64,000 nt of DNA, from the NCBI RefSeq assembly GCF_018977255.1, contig NW_024704766.1, positions 3,100,001-3,164,000 on the forward strand, in the 5' to 3' direction. Made by a program: the position numbers and the translations under genes. The notes beneath the pieces were generated by a model, which was given only the letters and a program-made list of their open reading frames with translations, was not told the origin of the DNA and ran no database searches. Of the stretch, positions 49,259 through 62,465 are shown one piece after another (the first letter of the stretch is position 1; each line of letters starts with the position of its first letter). Source of the DNA: Callorhinchus milii. Taxonomy: Eukaryota.

Positions 49259-49724
49259 GAGAATATGGGGGTGGGGGAAGGGGGCACAGAAATATTCCAA
49301 ATTGGGAACAAATTAAGATATATTCCTCAAACACAATTTTTTTTTTTTACGCGGTGCAATCATAAGCAGTGTCCTGTCAACCAGTTTGTTGGTCTGTAAT
49401 AAGATGGTGACACAATGATTCATTAAATGAGACAACTGAGCAAGGCAACGGGGTATTTTACAATGCGGTCAGGATTCGTGACAAGATTCTGAAAATACTC
49501 TAAACGGTGCAGAAATTCAGTTGTGAATTAATTCCCAACATCCTGTGACAGAATTAATGGCCTACAGTGAGGTCGACCCAGAACTGACAGACATCACAGA
49601 CATAGCCCAGTTGTCTGGTTTATTATTTGCAAGCGAACAAACAGGAATGCAACATAATCAATATTCTGTTTACTTCTCCGATGGCTTAAAATATGTTGAG
49701 CTTTGGTTCAGAAAAAAATATTAG

Positions 49725-49995
49725 GGGAGGACAAGTTTGCAGGGCTATGGGGAGAGAGTGAGGGAGTGAGATGGAATTGGATAGATCTTTTCAAAGAGCT
49801 GGCACAGACACGATGGGCTGAATGGCCTCCTTCTGTGCTTTATAATTCTATGAAGAAGGGCATTTGTGGCCAGGAGACAGGACTCATTTAAAAACAGATT
49901 CATGCTGGTTAATAAGAGGAGAACAGTCTGGGTGTTCTGGAGGGATGAGATCAGAAGGGCTTTCTTTATCCGAACTAATCTTGTGATCTTGTGAA
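49725..49995 (+). mobile_element. Two adjacent CR1-type 3' ends
   Basis: gggctatggggagag...gatgggctgaatggcctccttctgtgct..attctatga (typical shark CR1 tail), then a second-family tail ending aactaatcttgtgatcttgtga. Confidence 0.85.
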
Positions 49996-51567
49996 GTGCG
50001 GTCCTCTCAGAGCTGAGTTTCCTAAATGCTGACCTGGACACAGGCAATGCCTCTATTATCAGGGAAAATGATCGGGCACACAATGTCCCATTAAATATTC
50101 CGATTTACCAATTTGCTTTTGTTTTGCCAATTCCTACAGGTGCCTCGTGGCTCCGGGCACAAATTGATGGCTGGAAAACATGACAGAAAATCAATGCCCA
50201 AAAAAATAAACCTAGAGAAAATACCTTCCCTTTTACTGAGCCTAACACCTTGAGTCCCAAGCATCAGGTTTCCTGTCACTAATTCCTACAATAGCTGCCT
50301 TTTAGCTTTCTTCATCTGTGATAGGATAATGATCAACTGGCAACAAATTATATCAGTAACCTTCTGTGAATTCAAAGACTTCTCAAGGACATTCATTGTT
50401 AGAGGTAGGTTCTCTTCCCCTGTTAAATTGCAAGATATAATACTGATGATTGTGTGAAGCAACTTACCACACTGAAAACAGAATAAAACTGTGAAGAACA
50501 ACAGCAACAAGATTACATTTGTATAGCGCCTTTCATGTCGGGAGGATGTCCCGAGGCGCTGGAACTGTAGTGACTGCATTTCGTAGGCTAACGCCATAGA
50601 CAGTATACATATAGAAGTGTTCCACAATCAGCCGCGAGCTGAATAACTGGGAGATTGTTGGCCAGGACACTGGGAGAAGCTCTCTTCTTTGTTCAAGTAT
50701 GGGATGGGATCTTTAAAGTCCACCTGAACGGGAAGACAGGAAGCCTCACCTCTGACAATGCAGCACACCCTCAGCCTAGACTTCGTCTTCTCAATTCTAA
50801 AGGACACCTTTAAAAGGATGCAGAATGTATTCATTACCACGATACCTTGTGCTCTGTTACTAGGCCTTTGACTGCATAGATCTGAAAAGTGCCATTTCTC
50901 TTTCGTCCTTTCGAAGTTCACTTGAAAATGTCTGAAGGGTAATTTTCTCGGCCGCTACTGGCCATAAATTGTACCGGGCTGCACAAGTAATTGAGAAGTA
51001 TTCTGTGATGGTAGCTGCTTCCATTCTGACATCAAGCAAATTCCCTACGGCTATTTCTACCATCAAACAATTCCTTAGATGATTGTAAAACCTTGTTTCA
51101 AATCAGGATTGCTTTCTTCTTCCAAAAAATATTGCTTTGCAAGTACAAGTAACTCAGCATTTTCTTTCAATGGACAATCTCACTTTATAACCTTATGCCT
51201 GTTATATGACCAGTCTTCTATGCCCACTTTATAGGTCCAGTCGACCCAAATTTTCTGGCTTAGCTTTGCCCTTCGTAAAACACAAACTATTCATGATTCA
51301 CTGGACAAGATTCTTTTGTTGCCCTGCCAAATTCTTCGTGGCTTTGTACAGGTCATTCAACTATGGTTTCCAGGCCTCTGGCCAGCCTCCATGGCATGAA
51401 TGGTCCCATTGATAGGAGGAACATTGCCTGCCAGAGATGTGCCTTCACCATCAAGTTTCTCCTCCAACAAGGTAACCGTAGTTTACAAAAATCGACCGAA
51501 TGAAGGTTTCTCCTTGAACTTCTTTATCCACTTCTTTTATTTCGATACTCAGAAGTTTCAGACTTTA

Positions 51568-51911
51568 AGTCCTGTAGCTCAGTGGTTAGAGCACTCACCT
51601 CACAAGCGAGAGACCTGGGTTCGATTCCTGGCAGGGTGAAACTTTGGGCAAGTTTCCTTACTCCACACGCCTCTGTTCACCTAGCACTAAGTTGGAATCC
51701 GATTGTTAATCGCTTTTCAGGTGGTAATAATTTCTTCAAAAAAGTTATAATAAATTGGTCACACAATCCATGACTGTTCGTGAGATACTAACATGTTTTG
51801 CCCACAAAATATACCATCAATTCACTTTACAGTATATCCTGTGAAGCAGGAATTCCAGAAGACGTCATAAGGCTCTATATCAAATGCAAGGATTATTATT
51901 GTATTATTATA
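51568..51911 (+). mobile_element. Near full-length type A SINE
   Basis: agtcctgtagctcagtggttagagcactcacctcacaagcgagagacctgggttcgattcctggcaggg, CORE-like block and tail. Confidence 0.9.
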
Positions 51912-52374
51912 TAAGATCTCTAATTTGTCCTCCAGACCTTGTAAAAGAGCAATTGCAACAATAGAGAAGATACCTGGATTTGCCAATTCTTTCACCCAAC
52001 AGAGTTGTGGTCTTTCTCCTGAATATGAAGGAAGTACCAAAATCTTCATCATAATTTAGGATCAAACATGCACTTGTTACAAAAAAAATTAAAAGGATGT
52101 CATTAGGGTTGTTGGTCAGGTTCCTGTGGAACAGCTATAATCTACATATCCTTTGCAGCTTCCATCTACTCTACCCTTCATCGCTCTCCTCCATCGTTCT
52201 CTGTCGAGCATCATCCTCGAAAAAATTTCCTTTTGGTTGTAGAATGTTGCTATGTTTCGTTGGGGACCTTAATAACCTCACCAACACGTCCTTTCTCTGC
52301 CTGAACTCTCAGAGAACCAATAATCTGAGCAAAGTGTTTTTTCTGAGGTTGCTGTTGACAGCAAATACTGGAGC

Positions 52375-52670
52375 TAATCATAATCCTTACATTTGATATG
52401 GTGCCTTTCATATCAGGAATACCTTTCAAAGCTTTTCACAGGATATTCTGTAATGTGTAGTGATTGTGTATTTTTGTAGGCTTTGCTCTTCAATGGGCGC
52501 ACACAGCAATATTCCCCAAAACAGTCACGAAGTGAACAACCAATTTTACCAGGGGGATAGTTGGCTTTGGAATAATAACCTAGATAAGTCTAAAAGTCCC
52601 CACTTGGGGCTTGAACCCACAACCTGCTCTCTCAGAGGCGAGCGTGTTAGTAAATGAGCCAGGCTGTACA
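52375..52670 (-). mobile_element. Internally deleted type B SINE
   Basis: Reverse-complement tail, and head ggggcttgaacccacaacctgctctctcagaggcgagcg...tgagccaggctg. Confidence 0.8.
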
Positions 52671-53704
52671 CCTAAATAAAGCAGGATGCAACTGCAGAAA
52701 GTATCTGAAGAAAAGCGGCTTCAAAGCTCAGACTAAACTCAACAGTTCGCCAAATTCTGGGTGCTCCGAAATGCTACATAAACGCACTAAATGTGAACCG
52801 ATTTGGAACATCACCGCCATCGGAATGCAAAGCACTTAAGTCGGGCTCCTCCTCTGATACCAGAACACATGGAGTCCGTAATTACATTTCACTGCAGTTT
52901 GGGCTTTGTTTGTACCATTGCAGTATTTTTCCAGTCAGTTGCAGCTTCAAGAGATTGTTGACCAGCTTAAATTGTTGCTCCACGTTCTCAGGTGCTGCTG
53001 ATCTGAACAGGTTGAGTGTTTGACACCTGTCTCCTCTTAGGGAATCTCCTGACAGTGCTTTCCATCCAGTTTTGACAGTCCTCACTCTCGGATGACTGTG
53101 GAACAGCCAATCAACCAGTACGTGTGCATTCACACGTTCCATCCTGGTTCCAGATAGTCCTGTAGTATTGTAGCCTCAGCATCTCACGAACACAAAGCAC
53201 CTCGTTATTTGTTACATGAATCAACTACAAACTGCAACCGAAAATAGGTGAATAATACGGAGCAACGTTGTGCTTCTATAACGCACGTTGGACTACATTT
53301 CCTGCGAGCTGACATATATGACAAATATTCAGAGGGTTCTTTTATCTGACGGACAACAAAGACAAAATGTGTCTCCTCTCCTGGTTTTATTTCTGCTGTT
53401 GTCAGCTGTGATCTCATATCTGTCTCCCAAGCACAATTTCCCCAACTCCCCGCCCCGGCTTGATCTAACATCACTCCTGCTACAGTTTTCCTACCAGCCC
53501 TGATCTTGATCTGGCGCCAAAGAAGGTTTCAGCATCTTGGATGCCCCAGGAATAAAGTAAAGAGGGACAATGTAAAATCCTTTTACACTCTCACCGTGTT
53601 TCTGTTCCATCAACAACTTGTTCGACAATTATTCTGTTCAACTGCAAATAATAGCAGCACAGCGATGCTTAGTTATTGTGAATAATATGTACGCCAGAAT
53701 TATT

Positions 53705-53820
53705 AGTTCGCCCACAAATATACAGTCAATTCACTTTACAGTATGTTCTGTGAAGCACTTTAAGAAGTCTTGAAGATGTGATAAGGCGCTATATCAAATG
53801 CAAGGATTATTGTTATTTTT
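53705..53820 (+). mobile_element. SINE tail fragment
   Basis: cgcccacaaatatacagtcaattcactttacagtat...gataaggcgctatatcaaatgcaaggattatt. Confidence 0.88.
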
Positions 53821-56800
53821 ATCGCGGGTTCTTCTGTTCTGTGCTTATTGCAAAACTACGAGATTATATCGCCCATATATGCAGTGCAGGTACTAACTCT
53901 TAAGTCCAACAGTGACAGAACGTGTTTCGTGGCAGAATTAAACTGGAGGATTTCGACAATTCCTCATTCAAATATTCAAAGAAATAAGTTACTTGCTTCT
54001 CATTTTCTTCTCTCTTAATTCTAACCCTCGCTGTTAGATGTATCTGCTCGAAATGCTGTATATTTTCCAGGAATGCAGTCCATTAACATAGACGAATTGT
54101 ACCTCCCAAACTCCATTTTAGCCGTAGGCTTGTCATTAAACAATTAATTCCACAGTGCATCAGCACTTTGCAAAGTCTGATTCACTTGGTAAGAAAACAA
54201 ACGTACTGTATGTTAATGGCTAAAATTCACAGGGGCCAAGTGTCCTAAGGCTACCAAAATATTTGGCTGGGCTATTGCGTCGGAAAGTTAGAAACAGAGG
54301 TACAGCCTGACTTTAGCCATATGGAGATACTCGCTATGAAGTTGATTTAAAAATAAACAAGTTGAAATGTGTTATGATTTTACCATGCGAGGCCTGCCAC
54401 AGACATTTACAGCATCAGCCATGTCTCCATGGGGTAAGGAAACTGCTGAGATGTATTTACAATGGAAAGGTTATTAATGATCGTGGAAGAATACCTAAGA
54501 AGAGCAATAATAAATGGTTCATATCCTTCAGACTGCAGACATTTCAGAGGAACACCAATTTTGCTAAGAAGGTCTCTTAACCAACCATAAGGGAAAGGGG
54601 GTGTTTCAAGTCATGTAATTTATTCACCTTTGGGATTCTGGTTTGAATCCAGCTCAGATTTATTAAAAATATATAAATGTCTTCTCTTGTTGTAGGACAT
54701 ACAGACAGTGTAGACACGTTGGATACATTAAACCACATTTTGTACAGTTCCTGTCAAAATTGATTTGTGTATGTGGGAAACATATTCTACACACAAATGG
54801 ATTTCTGCAGCAGCTTGTGGTGTAATAAATGGTTTTTTTATTCTCTTTGTAACTCTGGATTTCTTCTATTTTCTCTGAAATTGTGTTATTTATTCTCTTA
54901 CCTTTGGATCTACCTTACTCCCTCCCCGCCTCTTCATCTTCGTTCCCTTCATTGGCTTCTGTGTCTGCTTCTGTGACGAGCTCTTTTAGTAATTCGTCTC
55001 ATGTTTCTTTCTATCTATCTGAGTCAGAAGGTTGCGGTTCCAAATAAGGCTGATCAATCACTTTGCGGCTATCTGTGGGACATTGTGGTGCACAAATCCG
55101 CATAATACACAGCCACAACACTTCACAGTAAAGCGCTTTGAGACGTCTGCCTGATGTGAAAGGCGCAACACCAAACCCAAGGATAATTATCTCAGTTACT
55201 TCTCTTTGATAATGCTGGAGGAACCCAAGCTTTCCGTGCTGAAACCTTGTCTTAAGAAGAACTGTAAATGACATGAGTTTTAATGAAATAATAATCTTTA
55301 ATGCATTTGATATAGCGCCTTATTGTGTCGCTGACACATCTCCCAACGCACTCCACGAGATTAGGCGTGTGAGGGGAGTTATATAAAAGCAAGTTGTTGT
55401 GGTTGAGAGAGCGTTCCATTCCAGACACAAGGAAATTTCCAAGTGCAAGTGGTTCAAATGCATAAATAAACACAAAGATAAATGATAACCAATTTCCGCA
55501 AGACATTTTTCAGAAGGGGCAGAAGTAAAGCAAAGAAATACTCTTCTGAACAGTAACTAACTATGTACAAAGTTCTTGAAAGAACCCTATTGCCTTTTCA
55601 GAAATTTCTTTAATTGGACAACTGCTGCAAGATAGAGAAATATTTCTCTAAATTGTTTGCCTTTGAATATTCAGCGATTTCTCTGGTAAAGTGGAGAAAA
55701 CATCAAACAATTTTACGTAGATTAAACAGCCTTGATCCTTTAAAAAAAATATCATTTTTCTCATTCACAGTAGCTCCCGAAATGTCTCCCTGCGCTCTTC
55801 TCATGTTGCGTATCGTCAACTTGGCTGTAGGGTAAAAGGAGAGCGCGTGGATTTTCAATTTGAAGTATGAAGTGAACGTTCGCGAAGGGTTATTTGTGGT
55901 TCCATTTGCCTGCAAAGCGCTATTGATTCCAAGAGAATTACGGTTCCTCCTCTGCAAGCTGGAAAACAACCTGCGATAACAGAGCCGCAACAACCAGGAT
56001 TTGCTCCAGAATAAACGGATCCCACGCTTCTGATTTATCCATCACTCCCTGCCTGCCTGCAGCCGCAATTTTGCAATCAGCAACAGGAGCCATTTATTGT
56101 CGCGTGCATTCCAGTCTAATGGAATTATTGCTCAATTAGTGCGCATTGGCCATTTTCCTCATGTTATAGATCTATCTTGTTCGTGAGCTAAATTGGCTGT
56201 TAAGTATAGTTCGCAGATTACAGTCTGGTTCTTTGCAGGAGCGTACAGAATTTCCCTGACAACACAATGTCCTCTTGACCTAAATTGGGCTTATCATTCT
56301 GTCTGATGAGGCCAATCCACCTAAACTTCGGGTCACGGTGATTAATTACGTTGAATTCATTTCGGAATAAAAGTTCCAGTGTGTTGCGTGAGGGCCTATT
56401 TATCAACGTCTGCTTTTTAAAGCTAAAAGGAAACTTGTATTTTTTTTGCAGTAAAGTCGGGTTCGACTCTGTTAAAAATGGACAGGAGGCGGGACCTTGG
56501 TTCCGAAGGACGGAAATCCACCAATGCATTGGAGTGTTAGCCTAGACTATATACGTGTATCAAGCCTTGCCGTGGGGCTTGAAACCACAACGTGCTTGAC
56601 CCAGTCACCGCATCGTGCCTTAAAATCTTTGTAGCAAAGACTGGGTAGGATGTCAAGCTGTGGCAGGAATTTCAAATGCACTATATTTTTTAAAAACAAG
56701 AAAACCCAAACCTCCATTAAATCTCTTGAGCATCGACAGTCTGTCGTTCAAGAAACAACTCTGGCCACATCATCATTGCACAGGACTGTTCCAAGTGGAC

Positions 56801-57104
56801 TGAATATTACAAAGCTGAGTGTTGTTTTCCTTCTAGTGCTGGAGCACAGCCTTGACTGTCGTTCACAATAGATATGCTGATCGCTTGTAGCTCTTCTGCC
56901 AGATCCAAAGCAAAGTCTCCCTCACTGGACTGTGCCATTACTGTAGCTCCTCTGTTTCTCCACTCTGACCTACCAACCCCTCCATTGCTGTAAATACAAG
57001 CTGGTGAAACCATGAAACGAGGGCTTAACGTTGACTTTAACGTTAAGGCACAGTGGATTGCGACTGAGATGGGGGTGAATTTTCTTCTCACAGAGGGTAA
57101 TGGT

Positions 57105-57330
57105 GTGGCAGTCTGGCTCAGTTGGCAAGTCCTCTTGTCTCTGATTCAGAAGGTTGGAAGTCCCCAAGTCAAGACATTGAACTCGCAGTTTAGTGGGTAC
57201 ATTGGCTGCTGCGTTCTCCCACAAAACACACAGTCACCACACTTTACAAAACATCACGCAAAGCACTTTGAAACATCGTCCTTCCGTGAAAGATGCTGCA
57301 CCAAATGTAAGGATTATGATTATATTATTA
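57105..57330 (+). mobile_element. Internally deleted type B SINE
   Basis: tggcagtctggctcagttggca...ctgattcagaaggttg head joined to ttggctgctgcgtt... and tail. Confidence 0.75.
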
Positions 57331-57705
57331 TGCTAAACGTGATCCAATTGACAGAGACAAAATCTTTTTCCGACACCCTTGGGAATTTTTAGCATGTATT
57401 CAACGTTATCTTTTAGAATCGCAGAATCTTGCGAACTGTGTTTAAAACATCAGTGGGTTTTATCAATCTTCTCAGAAGAGCCCGTAAGTATTTGATGAGG
57501 TAAAGTGTACACAGTAACATTGTACATCTGCTTGTCTTGCTGTGGATGGGAGAGCAGGTAAATATTTGCCTGACAAACAGAATGTCTTCACCATGCAGAT
57601 TGTGCGATGTTTTAAGTACAATAACACCACACAGGCACAAGAAGTGATAAGCAGCAGTTATTTTAGCTTCAAACTGTTAACTCATTTGCTAGCTAACTCA
57701 TTCTG

Positions 57706-57988
57706 GAGTCCTGTAGCTCAGTGGTTAGAGCACTCACTTGGCAAGCGAGAGATCTGGGTTCGATTCTCGGCAGGGCGAAACCTTGGGCAAGTTTCCTTAC
57801 TCCACACGCCTGATAATAATCGCTCAAGTAAACAAAAAACCATTAAAACAAATTGGTCTCTTCAATCCACGACTGTTTGTGGGACACTGCTGTGCGCCGT
57901 TGGCTGCCGCGTTTCGCCCACAAGTACACGGTCAATTCGCTTTACAGTATATTCTGTGAAGACCTTTGAGACGTCTTGAAGAGGTGAA
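57706..57988 (+). mobile_element. Type A SINE
   Basis: gagtcctgtagctcagtggttagagcactcacttggcaagcgagagatctgggttcgattctcggcagggcg, ccttgggcaagtttccttactcc, Deu 3' part. Confidence 0.9.
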
Positions 57989-58789
57989 GCTGATTCCACC
58001 TCCAGAGTGCTCGTCAATAGGTCAGTTGAGGCCGGAGCTTTCCCTATCTGCAGTCGCTTCCCGAATGACCACAAGTCCACCTCATTACTTGGTCCTAGTC
58101 TTCGTAGATGGGCCGGAGGGAACCTCTCCACTGCATCCCCAGGAACTCAAACCCATAAAAGAGACAGAAATGTAAACCAGCTGTATATTAATGGAATGTA
58201 AATTGCAATATGAAATTAACATTAAATACATGCTGACTTTAGTCTGTGAAAAGTGCAATGAATACCCAATGAAAGTATTATGTTTGCAGCTTCTCTGAAG
58301 GAGGTTGATTTAATTAGCAGTGTATATCTGAGCCTTTTTCTTCAATATAAGCAACTGTGACTGAATCTGTCCACCTATCACATTGATTAATATAACTATT
58401 GTTGGAGATTAAAATAAAGGAGACTGCAAATCTATTTCTCAATGTTTGCCTGTGTCGTACCATAAACAGTGCTGTGCCAACATTTTAATACGTTCACAAT
58501 TAGTTTGCTGTGTTTTTTTATTTTCCTTTGATAGCAACAAAAGGATGTTACACCTGAGCTGCAATAATTAATATCCATTGCATTCTTTGTAAGAAGGTGA
58601 CTGTCAGAAGGTAAGTGCGTATTTACGGCTCGATTCACTCAATCTGTTTGCTTTTAGTCCTTTAAAAAGCACTTTGTCACCTCAAACCTATTGCAGACTC
58701 CTTTGCATCCATTCGTGATGCAAAACCCTGGAAATCAAATCATTTGCCTACTTCTGGGTAGAAATTCCATCAGATTTACTGTATGGAGG

Positions 58790-59000
58790 AAGGTCATGGA
58801 TTTGAGCGATCAAATTATTCTTGTTTTTTTTTTAAGGGATTATTATCCCCCCCCGAAAAGCGATCTGCCAATCTACTAACAACCGGGTTCCTAGTTACTG
58901 CTAAAAAGAGGCGTGTAGAGTACGGAAACTTGCCTAACGTTTCGCACTGCCCAGGATTCGAACCCAGGTCCTGTCACTTGTGAGGCGAGTGCTCTAAACA
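58790..59000 (-). mobile_element. Type A SINE 5' half
   Basis: ggattcgaacccaggtcctgtcacttgtgaggcgagtgctctaa is the reverse complement of the head; CORE-like block adjacent. A plus-strand type B fragment follows (59010-59210). Confidence 0.8.
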
Positions 59001-59459
59001 ATACCCGAGCGGACATTAGAATTCTATGGCACCATTCGAAAAGAGAAGGGAGGTTTTCCCGGTGACCTGACTAACAGCCTCCTTGAGGAAATTGGTCACT
59101 CATCCCATGGCTGTTTGTGGGACTTTCCTGTGTGCAAAGTGGCTGCGACTAAGAAATACGGTCACGAATCCTGTGAAGCGCGATCAAGTGCCAGGATTAT
59201 TAGTATTATATATTGTATTTTATATAATACGTGTATTTTACAGAATGGAACACTTCAGGTTCCATTATGAAGAGGCGCTGTTATCAATCAGGGCATCTCT
59301 ACATTGTTCCGTGTGGTAAATACCAGACGAGGAAGAGGAATTACAGGTACCTGTTGCAATTTCAGGTTCTGAGAAGACAGTATATGTCTCAGGAGTTCTG
59401 TAAAGTGGTTCCGGGCTGTGGTCAATAACTCACAGCTACAGAGTATCATAGAGATGCCA

Positions 59460-59730
59460 TACAAAATTGCATTTGTACAGTACCTTTCACGCGGGAGGAA
59501 TTCCCAAGGTCCTGGACAGTCAGGGATTTGGACACGGGGCGGGATAAGGGAGGGTGGAGGGCAGGGAAGGTAGGGGTAGGAGAGTGGCTGAAGGCACGGT
59601 CGAAGAGGAGAGTCTTGAGACTTGCCTTGCAGGAGGCAAGGGAGGGAGCGAGGCAAAGGAAGAGTGGGATGGAGTTTCAGAGGGTGGGGGCAGAGAGGCT
59701 GAAGGCCTGACCGCTGATGGTGAGGCGTGT
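59460..59730 (-). mobile_element. L2 LINE 3' end
   Basis: gaaggcacggtcgaagaggagagtcttgagacttgccttgcaggaggcaagggag is the reverse complement of the L2 C-terminus. Confidence 0.88.
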
Positions 59731-60404
59731 GGGGTGGGGGGGTGGGGCGTGGAGCAGGCCGGAGATGTGTGGTTCTTTTTAGAGAAAAAGCACTAGACAG
59801 CAGCGAAGCTCCAGACGTCACAACAGAGCAACCTCAACATTGAACGGTTTGCCACCAACCCAAATAATAAGCTGAAGCTTCTCAGGGTCAGTCACTCGCT
59901 AATCTTTTCCCAGAGTGGAATGAAAACAAAGCAAAGTTATTAGAAATTGAAAACGTCAAAGGAATATTGTGGTCCGGTTTCACATCAGGAAACACTCTCC
60001 TGAGAGAGAAGACTTATAATGCTTCTGTGCCGCAGTAAAACTGATAATAGGATTAAAGTGTAAATAATCCATTCCTAAAATAGTGACAGGCATACCTCTG
60101 AAAGGTCACTCATTTACCATCGTATCCTTTTACATTATCCATGGGCAACACACAGTAAACAAATTACTCTTAGGGTTTTGTACACTGTGGAGCTTATTAA
60201 TGGCTGTAACAGTAATCACTTTACACTCAGACATGTAGGCAGCATTCACGTCAATCTTTTTGCATGTGATTTACAGAAAAATAGTCTTGTTAAAGCTAAT
60301 GGTATTCATAATTTTTCATTCCGTTTGACCACAATAAATTATAATAAGCATCTAGAATCCGCAAGCTGTATGTTCCTTATTCCAGAGGACCCACAAATAA
60401 ACAA

Positions 60405-60745
60405 TATTAATGATAATGCTTTTGATGCAGTGCCTTTCACATCAGGAGGACGTCTCGAAGCGCTTCACAGGATTTCACTGTCGAGAGGGGTGACTGTGCA
60501 TTTTGTAGGCACCAATTTGCACACAGCAATGTTCCACAAACAGCCATGAGGTGAACAACCAATTTTATCTGGGCATTACTGGCGAGGATACTGAAAGAAA
60601 CTCCCTTCTCTTTTCAAATAGGCCATGGGAACTCGAAAGTCCATCTGAACTGATAAGGTGGGACCTCGGTTTAATGTCTCATCTGAAGGACGGCACCTGC
60701 AGCAATGAAACACACGCCCAGCACTGCGTTGGAGGGTCAGTATTG
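60405..60745 (-). mobile_element. Type B Deu-SINE
   Basis: Reverse complement of tail and Deu body (gggacctcggtttaatgtctcatctgaaggacggcacc). Confidence 0.85.
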
Positions 60746-62069
60746 ACCGTTATAAACCTACCAATGTTATTCCGTTTGCTTGTGTTTTTTGTGTACGGTG
60801 AGAGTGAAATGCAACGCACTTTGCATCCGTCCACGCAGTGTGGATGAAAGAATGTAATGCAGATCACGAGAAGTATCTTGGAAGAAAAGTGGACAGTGTG
60901 GACTAGGGTTCCAGCATGATCTGATATTGATTTCATCCCAGTCCAATCAATGACCTAATTTTTCATGGATAACCAAACTATTAGCATAATTGACAACTGT
61001 TGAGAGCTCTCTAGCATGTGTCCATCCATAAGAGAGGAGAATCATTAATTGGTGATGAGCATTTGCTGATAGATACCGCACTGGCTGAATGTTAAGTGTT
61101 TAAGTTCCCATTCCTCAGGCCGTTGTTTCATTTCAGGGCATGAGCTTTAAGCTTTATTAATTGTGTAACCTGCTTGCAGAAGGCTACAACAACACAGCAA
61201 CTTACATTTATTTGTGTCCTTCACATGACTAAGTTGGGGTCATTCATCCCATGAAATACACAGTCACTGCACTTTATCCTGTGAAGCGCTTTGAGACATG
61301 TCAACGACGTGATGAGGCACTACATCAAGTGCAGGGATTATTATTGTTGTTGTTATTGTTATTATCGTTCCAAACCTGACTTCCCTCTTCTTATTATAGA
61401 TGTCACTAGCTTCCACTCTCCTCAACCCAACTTAACATCAAAGTCTTCATTGCTGCCTCGTAATATTTTCCTCCTCCTGTCTTTATGGCCAGAGCGGCTG
61501 TTATTTAGGATTCTAATGAGAAATAATGAGGTGAAGCTTGAGAAGATGTGAGTGATCTGATCTTATTAGATGTGACTGCTCTTTTATTTATCTTTCTGTT
61601 AATAAGCAAAATATTATCTTGCTGGTTCTCCTCGGCTGCCTCTTTCTCCGCTGCAGAGTAAATGTGCCTATGCAAAAAAAAAACACACCAACATTTTCCA
61701 CTAATTGGAAAAACAATTTGGCTTCAGGAAGAGTGAGATTTGTCAGTTTGTTAGCTGTTAATTACCTTAGTTCATAAACTTGGGTTATTTATAACAGGTC
61801 TTATCTTTCAAGCAAATATGAGCCCCTTAATTCCCGTCCTGAGACATCCAACGTTGGGTTAAAACCAAGCAAACACATATACGCTCTCCAACCGTTTGCA
61901 GCGCACTGGCTCCTGCTGAAGTATGGTGCCCATGGATCATGAGCATCTTCTGTTCCTGCACCCAAGTGACCGATCATCACCTGTGAGTTTAGACAGTGAA
62001 TGATAGCAGGCTGTTCAACTCAGGGCATCACAACTGAGCTCAAACCTAAACACTCACTTATACACCCTT

Positions 62070-62465
62070 CCTTTACCCCACCCCTCCTCGCCCACCACCC
62101 CTCCTGATCCCAACCACCAGCTCGGGTGCCTGTCCAGCGCCTTGGGACGTCCTCCTGACGTGAAAGCCGCTACACAATTGTAATTTGTTGTTGTTGTCTC
62201 CACTCTTCCTCACGCACTTACACACTCTTCGTAGATTCATAGACTCATAGAAGGTACACCTCAGAAACGGGCCATTTGGTTGGTGTTTATACCCCATTCA
62301 AGTACCTATCATAGATCCTATCCCTAGTCCAATATCCCGTTTTTTTTCCCCATGTACTTCAAATTTATTCTCTCTTAATCATATGTCCAGTCTCTTTTTG
62401 ACTCTGTACACAGTTTTGCCACCCAGAAAATTGGCAGAAAATTCCACACTCCCACCGCTCCTGGC
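62070..62465. mobile_element. L2 3' end (+, 62070-62197) followed by a CR1 3' end (-, 62230-62465)
   Basis: ccagcgccttgggacgtcctcctgacgtgaaagccgcta...(ttg)n; then tagattcatagactcatagaa...ggccatt...ttccacactcccaccgctc. Confidence 0.8.

Noticed and set aside
51150-52350. Purine-rich minus-strand sequence as a decayed transposase or retroviral ORF
   Set aside because: All frames I read are interrupted by stops, and I found no diagnostic motif.
59288-59821. 177-aa proline-rich minus-strand ORF
   Set aside because: It is an off-frame reading of the C-rich L2 3' end.
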